This document shows, in pieces, positions 43,863-54,789 of a stretch of 64,000 nucleotides of DNA. The DNA is from an uncultured Flavobacteriaceae bacterium (GTDB lineage: Bacteria > Bacteroidota > Bacteroidia > Flavobacteriales > Flavobacteriaceae). How positions within the stretch are numbered: position 1 is the first letter of the stretch; every line of letters begins with the position of its first letter. The position numbers were made by a program, and so were the translations under genes. The notes under the pieces were generated by a model. The model worked only from the letters and a program-made list of their open reading frames with translations. It was not told where the DNA came from and searched no databases. The stretch spans positions 65,179 through 129,178 of the forward strand of contig CAVUUZ010000001.1 of the NCBI GenBank assembly GCA_963744855.1. The letters run 5' to 3'.

Positions 43863-44546
43863 CTATACCCTAACCGATGAAGTAGTAACTTTTGGAATTG
43901 CCAAAACTCGCTCTTTATAGCGATAATAAATAGTATTATCGTTTTGTATATTCTGGTCAACGATCATTCCAGCTTGAATAATATTATTGTCTCCAATTTT
44001 GATTCCAGGTATAACTGAAGAACGTATCCCAAAAAAATTATTATTTCCTACGGTTACATTACCAGCTATCCCTGCTATTGAGAAGAAATTATTGTTACCT
44101 ACCTTGCAGTCATGACTTATATAGCTATAAGCGGTTAGTAAATTAAAATTCCCGACAAATGAATACTCTTCTATGATACAAAATGGATATACAATATTGC
44201 CTATGCCAACATGTGAATTTTTTGGAATTATTGAACTATGGTGAATAAAACTTCCAATTTTAGAATTCTTATCTAGTAGCTTTTGGATTACCTTTTTTCT
44301 AAATTGGATATTAGAGACAGCAATTAGGATCTCCTCATTGGGTTGAGGGATATATGAATCTACATCACCAAGGACTGGGGATTTGAAATTGTATTTATTA
44401 TAGTGTTCTTTTAGATGACTTTCATAATCTAAATAGCCCAATATATTTATTTGCTCTTCAATTCCTGATTTCGTATTATGGTCATTTATGTAGAATGTAA
44501 CTTCTGATGCACAGCCTCCGGTCCCTAAAATAATAACGTTTCTCAT
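43863..44546 (-). CDS. NeuD/PglD-like hexapeptide-repeat acyltransferase
   Basis: N-terminal ILGTGGCASEV Rossmann-like motif, HDC, and IGDNNII-type left-handed beta-helix repeats. Confidence 0.85.
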   Translation of the reverse strand: MRNVIILGTGGCASEVTFYINDHNTKSGIEEQINILGYLDYESHLKEHYNKYNFKSPVLGDVDSYIPQPNEEILIAVSNIQFRKKVIQKLLDKNSKIGSFIHHSSIIPKNSHVGIGNIVYPFCIIEEYSFVGNFNLLTAYSYISHDCKVGNNNFFSIAGIAGNVTVGNNNFFGIRSSVIPGIKIGDNNIIQAGMIVDQNIQNDNTIYYRYKERVLAIPKVTTSSVRV

Positions 44547-44604
44547 TCAATTAATTTCATCATCCTTAAGTTGTCATTTTGCAATGACGTACTAACTTCA
44601 ATTA

Positions 44605-44826
44605 TTATACTTCAACTTTAGTTAACAACAGTGCTTTAAGATCTCCTATTGTTGAGCAAGAATTAATTTGGTCTGCAGATAAAACAACATTAAAATTTTC
44701 ATCAGAATAGGCAATTATAGATAAAACAGTTAATGAACTCCAGGAATCAAAGGAATTTAGTTGATCCGCATAAGTAACTGAATCCACCTCTAAAATTTCA
44801 GATATTGATTCTATAAAATTATTCAT
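44605..44826 (-). CDS. Acyl carrier protein
   Basis: 73 aa, acidic; W-S-S-L at the usual WDSL phosphopantetheine site; C-terminal TIGDL. Confidence 0.75.
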   Translation of the reverse strand: MNNFIESISEILEVDSVTYADQLNSFDSWSSLTVLSIIAYSDENFNVVLSADQINSCSTIGDLKALLLTKVEV

Positions 44827-45496
44827 AAAAATGGATTTTGAGATAAATAATTAATGTGTAAGTTAAATATATAACTTGATATTCACCTAACGATGTTTTT
44901 GATTACTATTTAGATAAAAGACTAAAAATATAGTTAAAAGGTAAAAGAAGAAATTACTTCTTTGAACAATTTTATTGTTTTGTTTTCATTACAATTCCCA
45001 CTTGATTGACTTAACAGTATTTTAATCAAAAGAACCAGGACTCATTAGAAGTCAATATGTGGGCTTTTAAGGGATTTATTTTTAAGCGAACAGAGTAACT
45101 AACTCTTTTTTTTTTAATGCAATTAGTTATATGGAAAAAAATCAATTGTTATAAGAGCGAGTAAGAACTTAAGCCAAATAAAAAATTAACAATCAGCTAA
45201 CGGAATTAGACATACTACTGGGCATACTAAAAAACGAAAAAATCAACCGTTAATGGAATTCTTAGCGAAGGCTGTAAATTAAGCATTAAATTAGTTCTTT
45301 TTATACATCTTTTTCTTTCTCCTTCGAGAATTAGCATATTAGAATGAATAGATTTTACGAATTACAAAAGGATGCCTTAAGCTATTTTTCTAAGCCAAAT
45401 CGCCTAATTAAATTAATAGAAGATCATTATGGTCTAAATTAGCGGATTAGTAATCAATTCCAATTCACTCCAGCAATTTTATAATTTTTAAATTCA

Positions 45497-46951
45497 ATGT
45501 TATTTAATTCTTTCGAATATTTAATTTTCTTACCTATTGTATTCGTTTTATACTGGATTTTTCTAAGGAATAAATTAAGGCCTCAAAACATATTAATTTT
45601 AATCGCAAGTTATTTTTTTTATGGTTTATGGGACTGGCGTTTCCTATCTCTTATCATTGCAAGTACATTGGTAGATTATTATGTTGGCCTTCAAATTTCT
45701 AAATATGGTAAGGATCGAGTTAAGCAAAAATTCTGGTTGTGGATTAGTTTACTATTCAATGTTTCTTTATTAGGATTTTTTAAGTACTATAATTTCTTTG
45801 CGGCTTCCTTTATGGATTTATTCGAAATTTTTGGATATACCATTAAGAGTACATGGACCTTAAATATAATTCTACCGGTAGGTATTTCATTCTACACCTT
45901 CCAAACAATGTCTTACTCTTTGGATATTTATTATAAGAAAATCCAACCTACGAAAGATCTATTATCTTTTGCTACATACGTTGCTTTTTTTCCACAACTT
46001 GTAGCTGGCCCAATTGAAAGAGCTTCCAATCTATTGTCTCAAATTGCTAAAAAAAGAGAATTCAATTATGGACAATGCTCTGAAGGAATTAAACTGATTC
46101 TATGGGGACTTTTTAAAAAAATAGTTATTGCAGATGGGCTTGCACCTATCGTAGACGATATTTTTGCAAATTATCATACTTATCCTGCATCCACGCTAAT
46201 TTTAGGAGTTACACTGTTTAGTTTTCAGGTATACGGGGACTTTAGTGGATATTCTGATATTGCCATTGGTACAGCAAAACTATTTGGGATTGAATTAATG
46301 TCGAATTTTAAGTTTCCTCAATTTTCACGAAATGTGGCGGAATACTGGCAACGATGGCATGTATCTTTATCTACCTGGTTTCGGCATTATGTCTATATTC
46401 CCTTAGGAGGGTCTAAAGTAAGTACACTTAAATCCGTTCGTAACATTTGTATAATCTTCTTGGTAAGTGGATTTTGGCACGGCGCGAACTGGACATTTAT
46501 TTTTTGGGGAGGGTTTCATGCTTTGGCTTATATTCCTGTATTCTTAATGGGAAGAAATACCATTTATAAGAATTCTGTAGTCGCGGAAAAAACTAATATC
46601 CCCACAATTACAGAAATAGGTCAGTTGTTTTTAACTTTTTCCATTGTTACCTTTTCTAGAATATTCTTCCGATCAGAATCTATAACCGATAGTTTTAATT
46701 TTATAAAAAGAATTTTTGAAAATTTTGAATATGTCATTTATACACATCCCATGGGATACCGAATGATTGATTATTATATTTTGCTAGGAATCTTTATATT
46801 ATATGAATATGCCATAAGAAGGGATGAAAGGAATCCATTTAAATTCAAATCTAAGGTTATCCGATTTTTATTATACAGCCTGGTAGTCTTTGCAATACTG
46901 TTGTTTTATGATAGTGGCTTTGATCGGTCATTTATATATTTTCAATTTTAA
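45497..46951 (+). CDS. MBOAT family O-acyltransferase (AlgI/DltB-like)
   Basis: MLFNS, LPVGISFYTFQ, FFPQLVAGPIER, DFSGYSDIAIG, WQRWHVSLS, SGFWHGA (catalytic His), C-terminal FIYFQF. Confidence 0.95.
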   Translation: MLFNSFEYLIFLPIVFVLYWIFLRNKLRPQNILILIASYFFYGLWDWRFLSLIIASTLVDYYVGLQISKYGKDRVKQKFWLWISLLFNVSLLGFFKYYNFFAASFMDLFEIFGYTIKSTWTLNIILPVGISFYTFQTMSYSLDIYYKKIQPTKDLLSFATYVAFFPQLVAGPIERASNLLSQIAKKREFNYGQCSEGIKLILWGLFKKIVIADGLAPIVDDIFANYHTYPASTLILGVTLFSFQVYGDFSGYSDIAIGTAKLFGIELMSNFKFPQFSRNVAEYWQRWHVSLSTWFRHYVYIPLGGSKVSTLKSVRNICIIFLVSGFWHGANWTFIFWGGFHALAYIPVFLMGRNTIYKNSVVAEKTNIPTITEIGQLFLTFSIVTFSRIFFRSESITDSFNFIKRIFENFEYVIYTHPMGYRMIDYYILLGIFILYEYAIRRDERNPFKFKSKVIRFLLYSLVVFAILLFYDSGFDRSFIYFQF

Positions 46952-46953
46952 TC

Positions 46954-47895
46954 ATGATAAAGTTATTTACAAAAATTGCAATCTATGGTTTATTAATACT
47001 GCTGATACTGGAAGTTTTGGTAAGAATCTTTCATTTATATAACGATATGCCAACCAGACAAGTAGGGACTAGTGGTATTTATGAGTGGGTTCCGGGACAA
47101 AACGGATATACTGTTTATGGGAATAGAAGACAGAATTTTTCTCAGTATCGTATTAATTCAAAAGGATATAATTCCTATAGAGAGTTTACTCCAACAAAGG
47201 ACAAAATTGAAATAGCCATTATCGGAGATTCGTATATCGAAGGTTTTCATCAGGATTATTTTCGCTCTATTGGAAATAAAATTGAACAAAAGCTAGGTAA
47301 TTCTCTGGAGGTTTATGAATATGGCCATTCTTCAAATGATTTAGCCGATCAGTTGTACTTAATATATAAGAACAAAAACACATTTGACTTAATCGACTAT
47401 ACCATTATAGGGTTAAAATATGAAAACGATCTTCGACGAGCAAAATATGAGTTTATTGAAAGGAAACCTTTTTTTCCTTTATTACGTAAATCTAAATTAC
47501 TGGTTTATTTACTCGGTATTGGAATTTTGGATCCGTTAAAGGATTTAAATAAGAAGTTAAGGACATCTACAAAGAAATTGCCTATATCGAAAGCAAAAGC
47601 GATGGTTCAAGATAAAGATAGCTTATATTTAGAAAATTTTAAAAGCATTATTGCAGCATATGGTTTTGATAGGCGTAAAACGGCCCTTTTATTGGATAGT
47701 AGAGTTACCAATGCAAAATTCCTAGAGTATTTGAAGAACGAAAACATAAGGTATATAGACTTTGCTAATTCCTTTGAGAAAGCGACTAATAAGCCCACCA
47801 CTTTAATTTATGATCAGCATTGGAATAACTTTGGAAGAGAGTTAATTGCGAACGAAATTGTGGAATATATCAATGAGATCTCGCTAATTAAGTAG
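46954..47895 (+). CDS. SGNH/GDSL-like acyltransferase partner (AlgJ/DltD-like)
   Basis: N-terminal TM anchor, IIGDSY (catalytic Ser block), YDQHWN (DxH); 2 nt after the MBOAT stop. Confidence 0.75.
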   Translation: MIKLFTKIAIYGLLILLILEVLVRIFHLYNDMPTRQVGTSGIYEWVPGQNGYTVYGNRRQNFSQYRINSKGYNSYREFTPTKDKIEIAIIGDSYIEGFHQDYFRSIGNKIEQKLGNSLEVYEYGHSSNDLADQLYLIYKNKNTFDLIDYTIIGLKYENDLRRAKYEFIERKPFFPLLRKSKLLVYLLGIGILDPLKDLNKKLRTSTKKLPISKAKAMVQDKDSLYLENFKSIIAAYGFDRRKTALLLDSRVTNAKFLEYLKNENIRYIDFANSFEKATNKPTTLIYDQHWNNFGRELIANEIVEYINEISLIK

Positions 47896-47994
47896 TAATC
47901 GAAATTGATATCGAACTCTTTTCCTTAATTATACTGAATTTTTCTATTGTAACTAATTTCGAAGCAAAATTATATTTTTTCTAATATTACACGT

Positions 47995-49293
47995 ATGTCT
48001 TTAGCAAATAAATTAAGAAGTAATTTTTTCTGGACTCTAGATGCAATCAAAGGTCATCGTATTAAGTCACATTTGAAGGATATTGAACATACCTTTGGGT
48101 TGTCGTCATTTGAATTAGTACAAAGAAAAAATTCTAAGCAATTAAATAATTTGCTTTCAACTGCGACAACGCAATCTGAATTTTATAAGAAGTATGCTAA
48201 TTTTAACTCTTTGGAAGACTTTCCAGTTATCAACAAAATGGTGATAAAAAACAATTTTGATAAAATCAACATTTTGCAAAATAATACCCCTGATTTAATA
48301 AAAGTGAGTACTAGCGGATCTACAGGCACCCCTTTTAAAATAAATCAAACCCAAGAAAAGAAGGTACGCAATACAGCAGATACGCTATTTTTTGCTAAGT
48401 CATCTGGTTTCAAGATTGGATATAAATTACTTTACTTAAGACTATGGGCTGCCTATTATAAAAAACCATATTTATTGGCTTATGCCCAAAATATTAATCA
48501 AATTGACGTAGAGGAATTAACCGATGACTATCTGGATAAACTTTTTAATAAGCTCCAAAAAGATAAGTCTCCTAAGGGATGGTTAGGGTATCCTTCAGGT
48601 TTTGAAAAGATCTGCAATTATCTTGAAAAAATAAATTCCAGTCCGATTGAGGCTAATATTCAATCCATTATAGCAATGTCTGAACCCCTAAGCAAAGAAA
48701 TTAGAGATAAAATGGCCTATTATTTCAAAAACCCCGTAGTATCTCGCTATTCTAATGTAGAGAATGGTATTATTGCACAACAACTTCCAAATGAGGATAA
48801 TTTTACCATCAACTGGGCAAGTTATCATGTGGAGTTATTAGATCTTAAAAAGGATGTACCCGCTAAACTTGGCCAATTAGGCAGAATAGTTGTAACAGAT
48901 CTCTATAATAAGGCAACCCCTATGATTCGTTATGATACAGGAGATGTTGGGAGCTTCATTATTAGTGAAAAAGGCTTCCCGGTTTTCAACATAATTCAGG
49001 GTCGCATAACTGACATATTAAGAAACCCAAAGGGAGAAATCGTAAATCCATTTATAATTTATAATAACCTATATCGATTTCCTGAATTAAACCAGGTGCA
49101 ATTAATACAGAAGGCAATAAACAATTATCTTTTTAAAATAAATATTGATGGAGAATTTAAGCGTGAGAAAGAGTTCATAGCTTTTTTTAAAACATATTTA
49201 GGAGAAGAGGCCAATATAAATACTGAATATGTTCATGACATACCTCTGTTGAAATCCGGAAAAAGGAAGATAATCGTTAGCTTACTCAAATAG
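47995..49293 (+). CDS. Phenylacetate-CoA ligase/CapK-like adenylate-forming enzyme
   Basis: TSGSTGTP, RYSNVENG, GRIVVTDLYN..PMIRYDTGD, GR..D, KSGKRK. Confidence 0.85.
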   Translation: MSLANKLRSNFFWTLDAIKGHRIKSHLKDIEHTFGLSSFELVQRKNSKQLNNLLSTATTQSEFYKKYANFNSLEDFPVINKMVIKNNFDKINILQNNTPDLIKVSTSGSTGTPFKINQTQEKKVRNTADTLFFAKSSGFKIGYKLLYLRLWAAYYKKPYLLAYAQNINQIDVEELTDDYLDKLFNKLQKDKSPKGWLGYPSGFEKICNYLEKINSSPIEANIQSIIAMSEPLSKEIRDKMAYYFKNPVVSRYSNVENGIIAQQLPNEDNFTINWASYHVELLDLKKDVPAKLGQLGRIVVTDLYNKATPMIRYDTGDVGSFIISEKGFPVFNIIQGRITDILRNPKGEIVNPFIIYNNLYRFPELNQVQLIQKAINNYLFKINIDGEFKREKEFIAFFKTYLGEEANINTEYVHDIPLLKSGKRKIIVSLLK

Positions 49294-49332
49294 GCAATGG
49301 TTATATCCGGCTTATCTAGGGCACAATAATTA

Positions 49333-50409
49333 CTAGCTCTTAAGAGATTTTAAATATTTTTTAATTACCGGATGTTTTAAATAGCCACCATATTGTAATT
49401 CGGTCATGGTTATGTTTGAGTCATGATTTCCTTCAATTATTAAGGGCCCCTTATCAGTAATTGCGATATCCCAACCAACTATTTTGTTTGGTAGTAAGGT
49501 GCTCATTTCTATAGCCATTTTTCTCGCATCAGTGTAATATGGGATGTGGAAACCTTCAAACGTAAAATAAGTATCTGGGTGTTTGAATAACTCCGTTCCC
49601 CCATATCCCATTTGTTTCTGACCTTTTTTCATTAACGTACCGGTTTTATCATCAATAGATACAAAAAAACCTCCTTTGGACCTATTGTCAATTACGCTTC
49701 CTCCGGCACCAAACCTCATGACGGCGCCAAGAACCGTTATCTCATCCTCATCCGCACAAATGTCAAAACGAATTGTATTTAAACTTTCCGCATATATATC
49801 ATTGATCAATTGATGTTGTACTACCTTACGTTGATGGATAAAGGAATTTGCTAAGATTTGATTTCCATATGTTTCAATCAGAACTTCTAAATGATCTTTT
49901 TCGGAGAAACATGATTCCTGTTCCCCCTTTATTAGATAGGCTCTTTATAAAGATAGAGTCGCAATTATTTTCGGCAAACACTTTTCTGAAATAGGTTTTT
50001 AAATCGAGAAGAGAATTAACACTGTATTTCTGATTTGCTAAATAAAAGTGATTTTTACAGTTATAACTTGTTAATAGGGGGATTGGGATATTGTGATTGG
50101 TGCAAAAAAAGAAAAGAGTAATTTGTTATTTAAAATTGATACAAAAAAGTCGCTTTGGATCTTTTTTGAGTAAATTAATTCATAATATTTTTTCGTGGGG
50201 ATAAAATCTCGATAATTAGTGAATTCTTTTCTATATAGAAATCTGGTAATATAGTGTGCAGGAAATTCTTTATGAAGAATCCATAAATCCATAAATTCAT
50301 AAAGAATTTTAAAATAGTTTTTTTTATTCCTGTCATTTACAAAACACCAAAGGGTAAATTGAATCTTTTTTCTATTCACAATAAATAAATTTCCTTTTAT
50401 AGCCTCCAA
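49333..50409 (-). CDS. Sugar-transfer-associated ATP-grasp protein (copy 1), two frameshifts at homopolymers (~50105, ~49900)
   Basis: Reconstructed: NNKLLF...IFIKSLSNKGGTG...FIHQ...HQLINDIY..SLNTIR...MRFG....IDN...GG...GWDIAIT..GP.IIEGN. Confidence 0.8.
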
Positions 50410-50465
50410 ATAGAGGCAGGCATATTTCCTGAATTTTCAAAAAAGTCCTTATTGTCTTAATTATT

Positions 50466-51789
50466 TCAATTATGGATTATTTCATTAACAACTTGTTTTC
50501 TTTTTCCTGATGAGAGTAAGGGTACCTCATTTACATACTCTATTTTTATAATGGCATCTTCACCTAAGAATTTTTTACTATCATTAATAAGGCTCTTTTC
50601 ACTCTTAAATTCTGACCATGGATTTATTCTAAATACATATTCAATATCACTAATCTGGGCGAATTGAAACTGTTTCAGTTCTATATACTCCATCATTTTT
50701 TGAACAATTATATAGGGAGATATAATTACACCTTTGGTATTGTAAATTAAATCAACCAATCGCCCATCAATTCTTTTAAATATGGGGCCGGTGGTGTTAT
50801 TTTCAATTTCTTCTAGTATAGTCAGGTCTCCCGTGTCATAGCGAATTAGGGGCATACAGTAGTTAAAAAGATCTGTTACAACTATTCTGCCTAATTCACC
50901 CTTATCTGCCGGAATATCTTCTTTCAATTTCAAAACTTCAAAGTGATAACTTGCCCAATTCAAGGAGTAACTTAATCCCCCCTTTATGCTTTGTTGTCCC
51001 ATAATACCACATTCCATGTTTCCGTATCTGGCGACCGTAGGGGTTTGAAAGTAATACTCCATTTTTCATTTAGTGTTTTCGCTTAAAAGTCTCCATCTGT
51101 GATAATAGACTCAATGTTAAGATCTTTTCCAGTGGAAGTGCCTTTATGGAATCTAAATAATTTACCAGTATTTCGCACATAGAGGCAAAACACACAATGT
51201 GCTTTTTTGACTTATCTCGCTTTAAATGGGAAAGGAAGTTGTCCATATCTTTATCCCCCCATACTCTAAAATTGCATAAGGAATTATATTCTTCTTCCAA
51301 TAAAAAGCTCTTGTTTTAGTGTTCTTTTACCTATGCAGGCACGTATTAAATAAAGTCTACCTCCTAATTTATAACCACCCTGGTTAGCGAAAAATAGATT
51401 ATCTGCAATATGTCTTACTCGTTTATTATAGTTGTGGAAAAGTTTTAGTGGTGCACCTGTTGATCCCCCCGTGAAGACTGCAGTATTATTTTGATCATGA
51501 AATAACGAAGATTTAAATTCTTCATAATTTGATCGCACAATATTTTTATTAATTACAGGAAATTTTTGCAAGCTACTATTTACAGGAATATTTTTATAAA
51601 AAGAAGTTGTTTGAATTGCATGCTTAACTAAACTATCTATATTTTCTGCTATTTTTTCTTTGCGCTTTTTCACTGTAATAATTATTATTTATAAATGATA
51701 TTTCATTTTTATTGGTTTTTAATTTTATGTCCTTTAAGAGCATCAATAGTCCAAAAATACATTTCTCTAAATGAAGCTAATAAATTCAT
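50466..51789 (-). pseudogene. Second PaaK/CapK-like ligase, fragmented (pseudogene or error-rich assembly)
   Basis: ATG 51789 MNLLASFREMYFWTIDALKGHKIK parallels the 47995 protein (FFWTLDAIKGHRIK). TGGSTGAP, RYGNMECG, GRIVVTDLFN..PLIRYDTGD and SSGKRK lie in at least four frame segments. Confidence 0.7.
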
Positions 51790-51813
51790 GCTTTGCGTTA
51801 TGGATTTTTAATA

Positions 51814-52853
51814 TTAAAGGCACGATTTAGGAATAGGCATTAAATTATCATATTAAGAAAAAGCTAGATCCTCTTTTATAGTTATTATGCCTTGAAACGT
51901 CACTTTTTTGTCTTAACCAATCGATATAAATACCAGGAATATTAATTCCAGCTTCATGAGAGAAAGGATATCCGCCGCCGAATCTCGGATTCATTTCTAA
52001 AAGTAAATTTTATTTTTAGTTACAAAAAAATCACAATCCATATTACCAATATGCTTGGTGTGAATACTGATCTTTTTGGCAATCTCAGAATATGTTGTAT
52101 TTATAACCGAAATTGCCTTATCTGTTTCCCCGCCGCGCATACTTAGTTTCTTTCGAACGAACGAATCGTAATAGGTGCCATTAAAATCATTTAAGATATT
52201 GCTACACCATACTCCTCTCCATTAATTTTTTCCTGAATAATAATGCACTGTTCCTGCGTAGAAGAGCTTATTTCTTTTAAAATAGATCTCATAATTTTGA
52301 TATACTGTAATTTGTAAACCAATCGTAATTCTTCTTCAGATTCCACAATATCTACTGCTATAGAAGCGCTACCCCATCTTGGTTTAACAATTAAAGGGAA
52401 TGAAATTTCCTTTTTATTGATAGCTTCTAAAGCACAGTTTATATCTAAAAAAGTCTTTGGGGTATGAACTCCTATTCTATTAAAAAATTTAAATGTTTCC
52501 CATTTATCGAAACAGGTGTTAATTAAATGGGTATCCGAAATAATAATTTTTGTACCAAGATTTTCTAATCGCGTTTTTTTCGCGGCTAAAATAGGAAGTT
52601 CAAGGTCGTTCAGGGAAATAAGGGCATTTACGGAATACTTCTTTATGATTTTTTCTAATGTTGAAATATAATTTTTAGAATGAATGGATGGGACTTTTAA
52701 TGCAATATCAGCATCTGCCAAAGCAGGAGCAGATAGGTCACTGTCAACGGCAATTACTTTCCCTGAAGTGCCTAGTACCTTCCTAAAATAGTTTATTAGA
52801 TAATTCCTGCGACCGGCACATGTAAATAATATATTCAATTTATTTATAGCCAT
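51814..52853 (-). CDS. ATP-grasp ligase (carbamoyl-phosphate-synthase-like/PylC-like), C-terminal part frameshifted
   Basis: [28 protein letters not shown]; downstream frames give [27 protein letters not shown]. End coordinate inferred. Confidence 0.8.
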
Positions 52854-52864
52854 AATTAAAAAGT

Positions 52865-53875
52865 TTAAACTCTGTACTTTGGGAAATATCCATTGTCTGT
52901 TAAATCTTGTTCAGGGGAAATTAGTCCCGCATAAATATTTTCATTTACAACGTATTTCCAAACTTTAAAGTATTTTATGCTTTTAGTAAATGACAGTTTG
53001 AATTTCATAAGCGACCCCTCAATACCACCACTACCACCACCAAGATTTAAATATTTTAATTGTTCATTTTTATAATACTTTCTGGTATAATCAAAAATAA
53101 TTCTAAGAGGACTTTTTTGATAATAATTATGATTCGTAAAAGCCAATTCTATATGAACAATATTTTGACTTTTAATGCAAAGGGCACCCGCCATTATTTC
53201 TTTTGTCTCGTTATGAACAGCTAAAAAAATTTTTGATTCAAACAAATTGGAGATAAATAATGCTTTAAAATAATCATCTGTAAAGTAAAATAGTTCTTTT
53301 GCCTTTATTCTATCTAAACTTTCATAATAACTCATTTTGAATTTTGATATGTCAATATCAGAATTCACTAACTTAACAGTACAAATCTTCTTTAATTGAT
53401 TAATTTTTTGCCGCGTATTTCTATTGTAATATTCCGTTTGACTTGTATCAGTCATAGACTGATCAAAATAAGCCAAAGGCCCACTCACTTCTGAAATACC
53501 TAAATTTTTAATAATTAATTCCTGATCAGGTATAAACGGGTTTAATTTTGAAAAGACGGAAACTACATTTTCTGATTTCAATAGCTTATTTAATTCTAGT
53601 ATAAATATTTTGTTATCAAATGAAACGTCAATATTATTAGAGACCGGACCTAAATATCCATGGACAGATGTTAGATCATAGTATTTAGAATTAATTGTAC
53701 GTTTTAAAAATGGAATACCAATTTTACAATGACCATCATCATAGGCAATCATGATAGGGGTATCATTATTTTTTGTCAGACTTTGATGATATTCATATGT
53801 GTGATAGAAATCAAAATTATTCATTGAATTAAGCCATGAACTCCATTCGGGATTATTGCGTATGATCTTTATCAT
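52865..53875 (-). CDS. GNAT-fold FemAB-like acyl/aminoacyl transferase
   Basis: DFYHTYEYH, DLTSVHGYLGP, YFTDDYF, LNLGGG....SLMKFK.SF, C-terminal YFPKYR. Confidence 0.8.
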   Translation of the reverse strand: MIKIIRNNPEWSSWLNSMNNFDFYHTYEYHQSLTKNNDTPIMIAYDDGHCKIGIPFLKRTINSKYYDLTSVHGYLGPVSNNIDVSFDNKIFILELNKLLKSENVVSVFSKLNPFIPDQELIIKNLGISEVSGPLAYFDQSMTDTSQTEYYNRNTRQKINQLKKICTVKLVNSDIDISKFKMSYYESLDRIKAKELFYFTDDYFKALFISNLFESKIFLAVHNETKEIMAGALCIKSQNIVHIELAFTNHNYYQKSPLRIIFDYTRKYYKNEQLKYLNLGGGSGGIEGSLMKFKLSFTKSIKYFKVWKYVVNENIYAGLISPEQDLTDNGYFPKYRV

Positions 53876-54780
53876 TTCGATAAAAAATTATACATTCCAC
53901 CGGTATTCCAAAATAAGATCTTACCAGATAGTTTATTTTCAACAACTATTTTCTGCATCCCGTAATATGCCTTTGCAGTATAGGTTTTATCCATTGCAAA
54001 TCCATAATTCATTAATGAATCTTTGGCAATTTTATCGATAGCTGAATTGTATTTTTCATATCCACCACATAAGAAGGAATCATTTACAATAATGTCTGGC
54101 GCATCGCAAATAATGTTATATTTTTCACAAAGTTTATTGTAAAATGATTGTACTTTTTTTTCTGCTTTTGCTCTTAGACGGCCTACAGAAATACCGTAGA
54201 CTTTAGTGTTCAGATTAAATTTAGTTATCCCGGCCAGAATTCCAGCTTGGGTGGTGCCAGAACCAGAGGCTACAAAAATATAATCGGGAATAAAGTCCGT
54301 ATTAATTATCTCTTCAACGGCGTCTATATAGATTCCTCCACCCTGAAGAGTATGGCCGCCACCTTCTAAATAAAAGGGTTTACATCCTAAATTGGAGTAT
54401 TCATTCATGGCATTCTCCATGGTATCAGAGATCATATTAACTTCGGAAAAAATTACTTTTGCATTTGTCTCCCTAATTATTTTTGCGTTACCTGATTCAT
54501 CATAATAGCGTTTTTTATCTCCATGGACTACTAAGGTACATTTAAGGTTGTATTTCTTGCAATAAAGTGCAACAGCTCTGCAGTGATTTGACTGAACTCC
54601 GCCAGTTGTCACTATTGCATTAACATCGTTAGAATTCAAATATTTATATAGAGCCATCATTTTACGTGCTTTATTTCCACCTCCAAGAAAAGGAAATACA
54701 TCATCTCTATATATTGCGAAATTTGAAGTTATATTTTGTACCAAAGATTTAGGTGCTGAAGTAATTGATTTCCCTTCCAA
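53872..54780 (-). CDS. PLP-dependent D-cysteine desulfhydrase/ACC deaminase family enzyme
   Basis: RDD....GGNKARK (PLP Lys), GGVQSNH, SGSGTT.AG, D.TYTAKA, FWNTGG; ATGA overlap with the GNAT gene. Confidence 0.85.
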   Translation of the reverse strand: MEGKSITSAPKSLVQNITSNFAIYRDDVFPFLGGGNKARKMMALYKYLNSNDVNAIVTTGGVQSNHCRAVALYCKKYNLKCTLVVHGDKKRYYDESGNAKIIRETNAKVIFSEVNMISDTMENAMNEYSNLGCKPFYLEGGGHTLQGGGIYIDAVEEIINTDFIPDYIFVASGSGTTQAGILAGITKFNLNTKVYGISVGRLRAKAEKKVQSFYNKLCEKYNIICDAPDIIVNDSFLCGGYEKYNSAIDKIAKDSLMNYGFAMDKTYTAKAYYGMQKIVVENKLSGKILFWNTGGMYNFLSK

Positions 54781-54789
54781 TTTTAGGTT

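Noticed and set aside
44827-49332. Invertible (phase-variable) segment explaining the opposite-strand MBOAT cassette
   Set aside because: No convincing flanking inverted repeats or recombinase found; the AAAAAATCAA-type repeats in the spacer are low-complexity.
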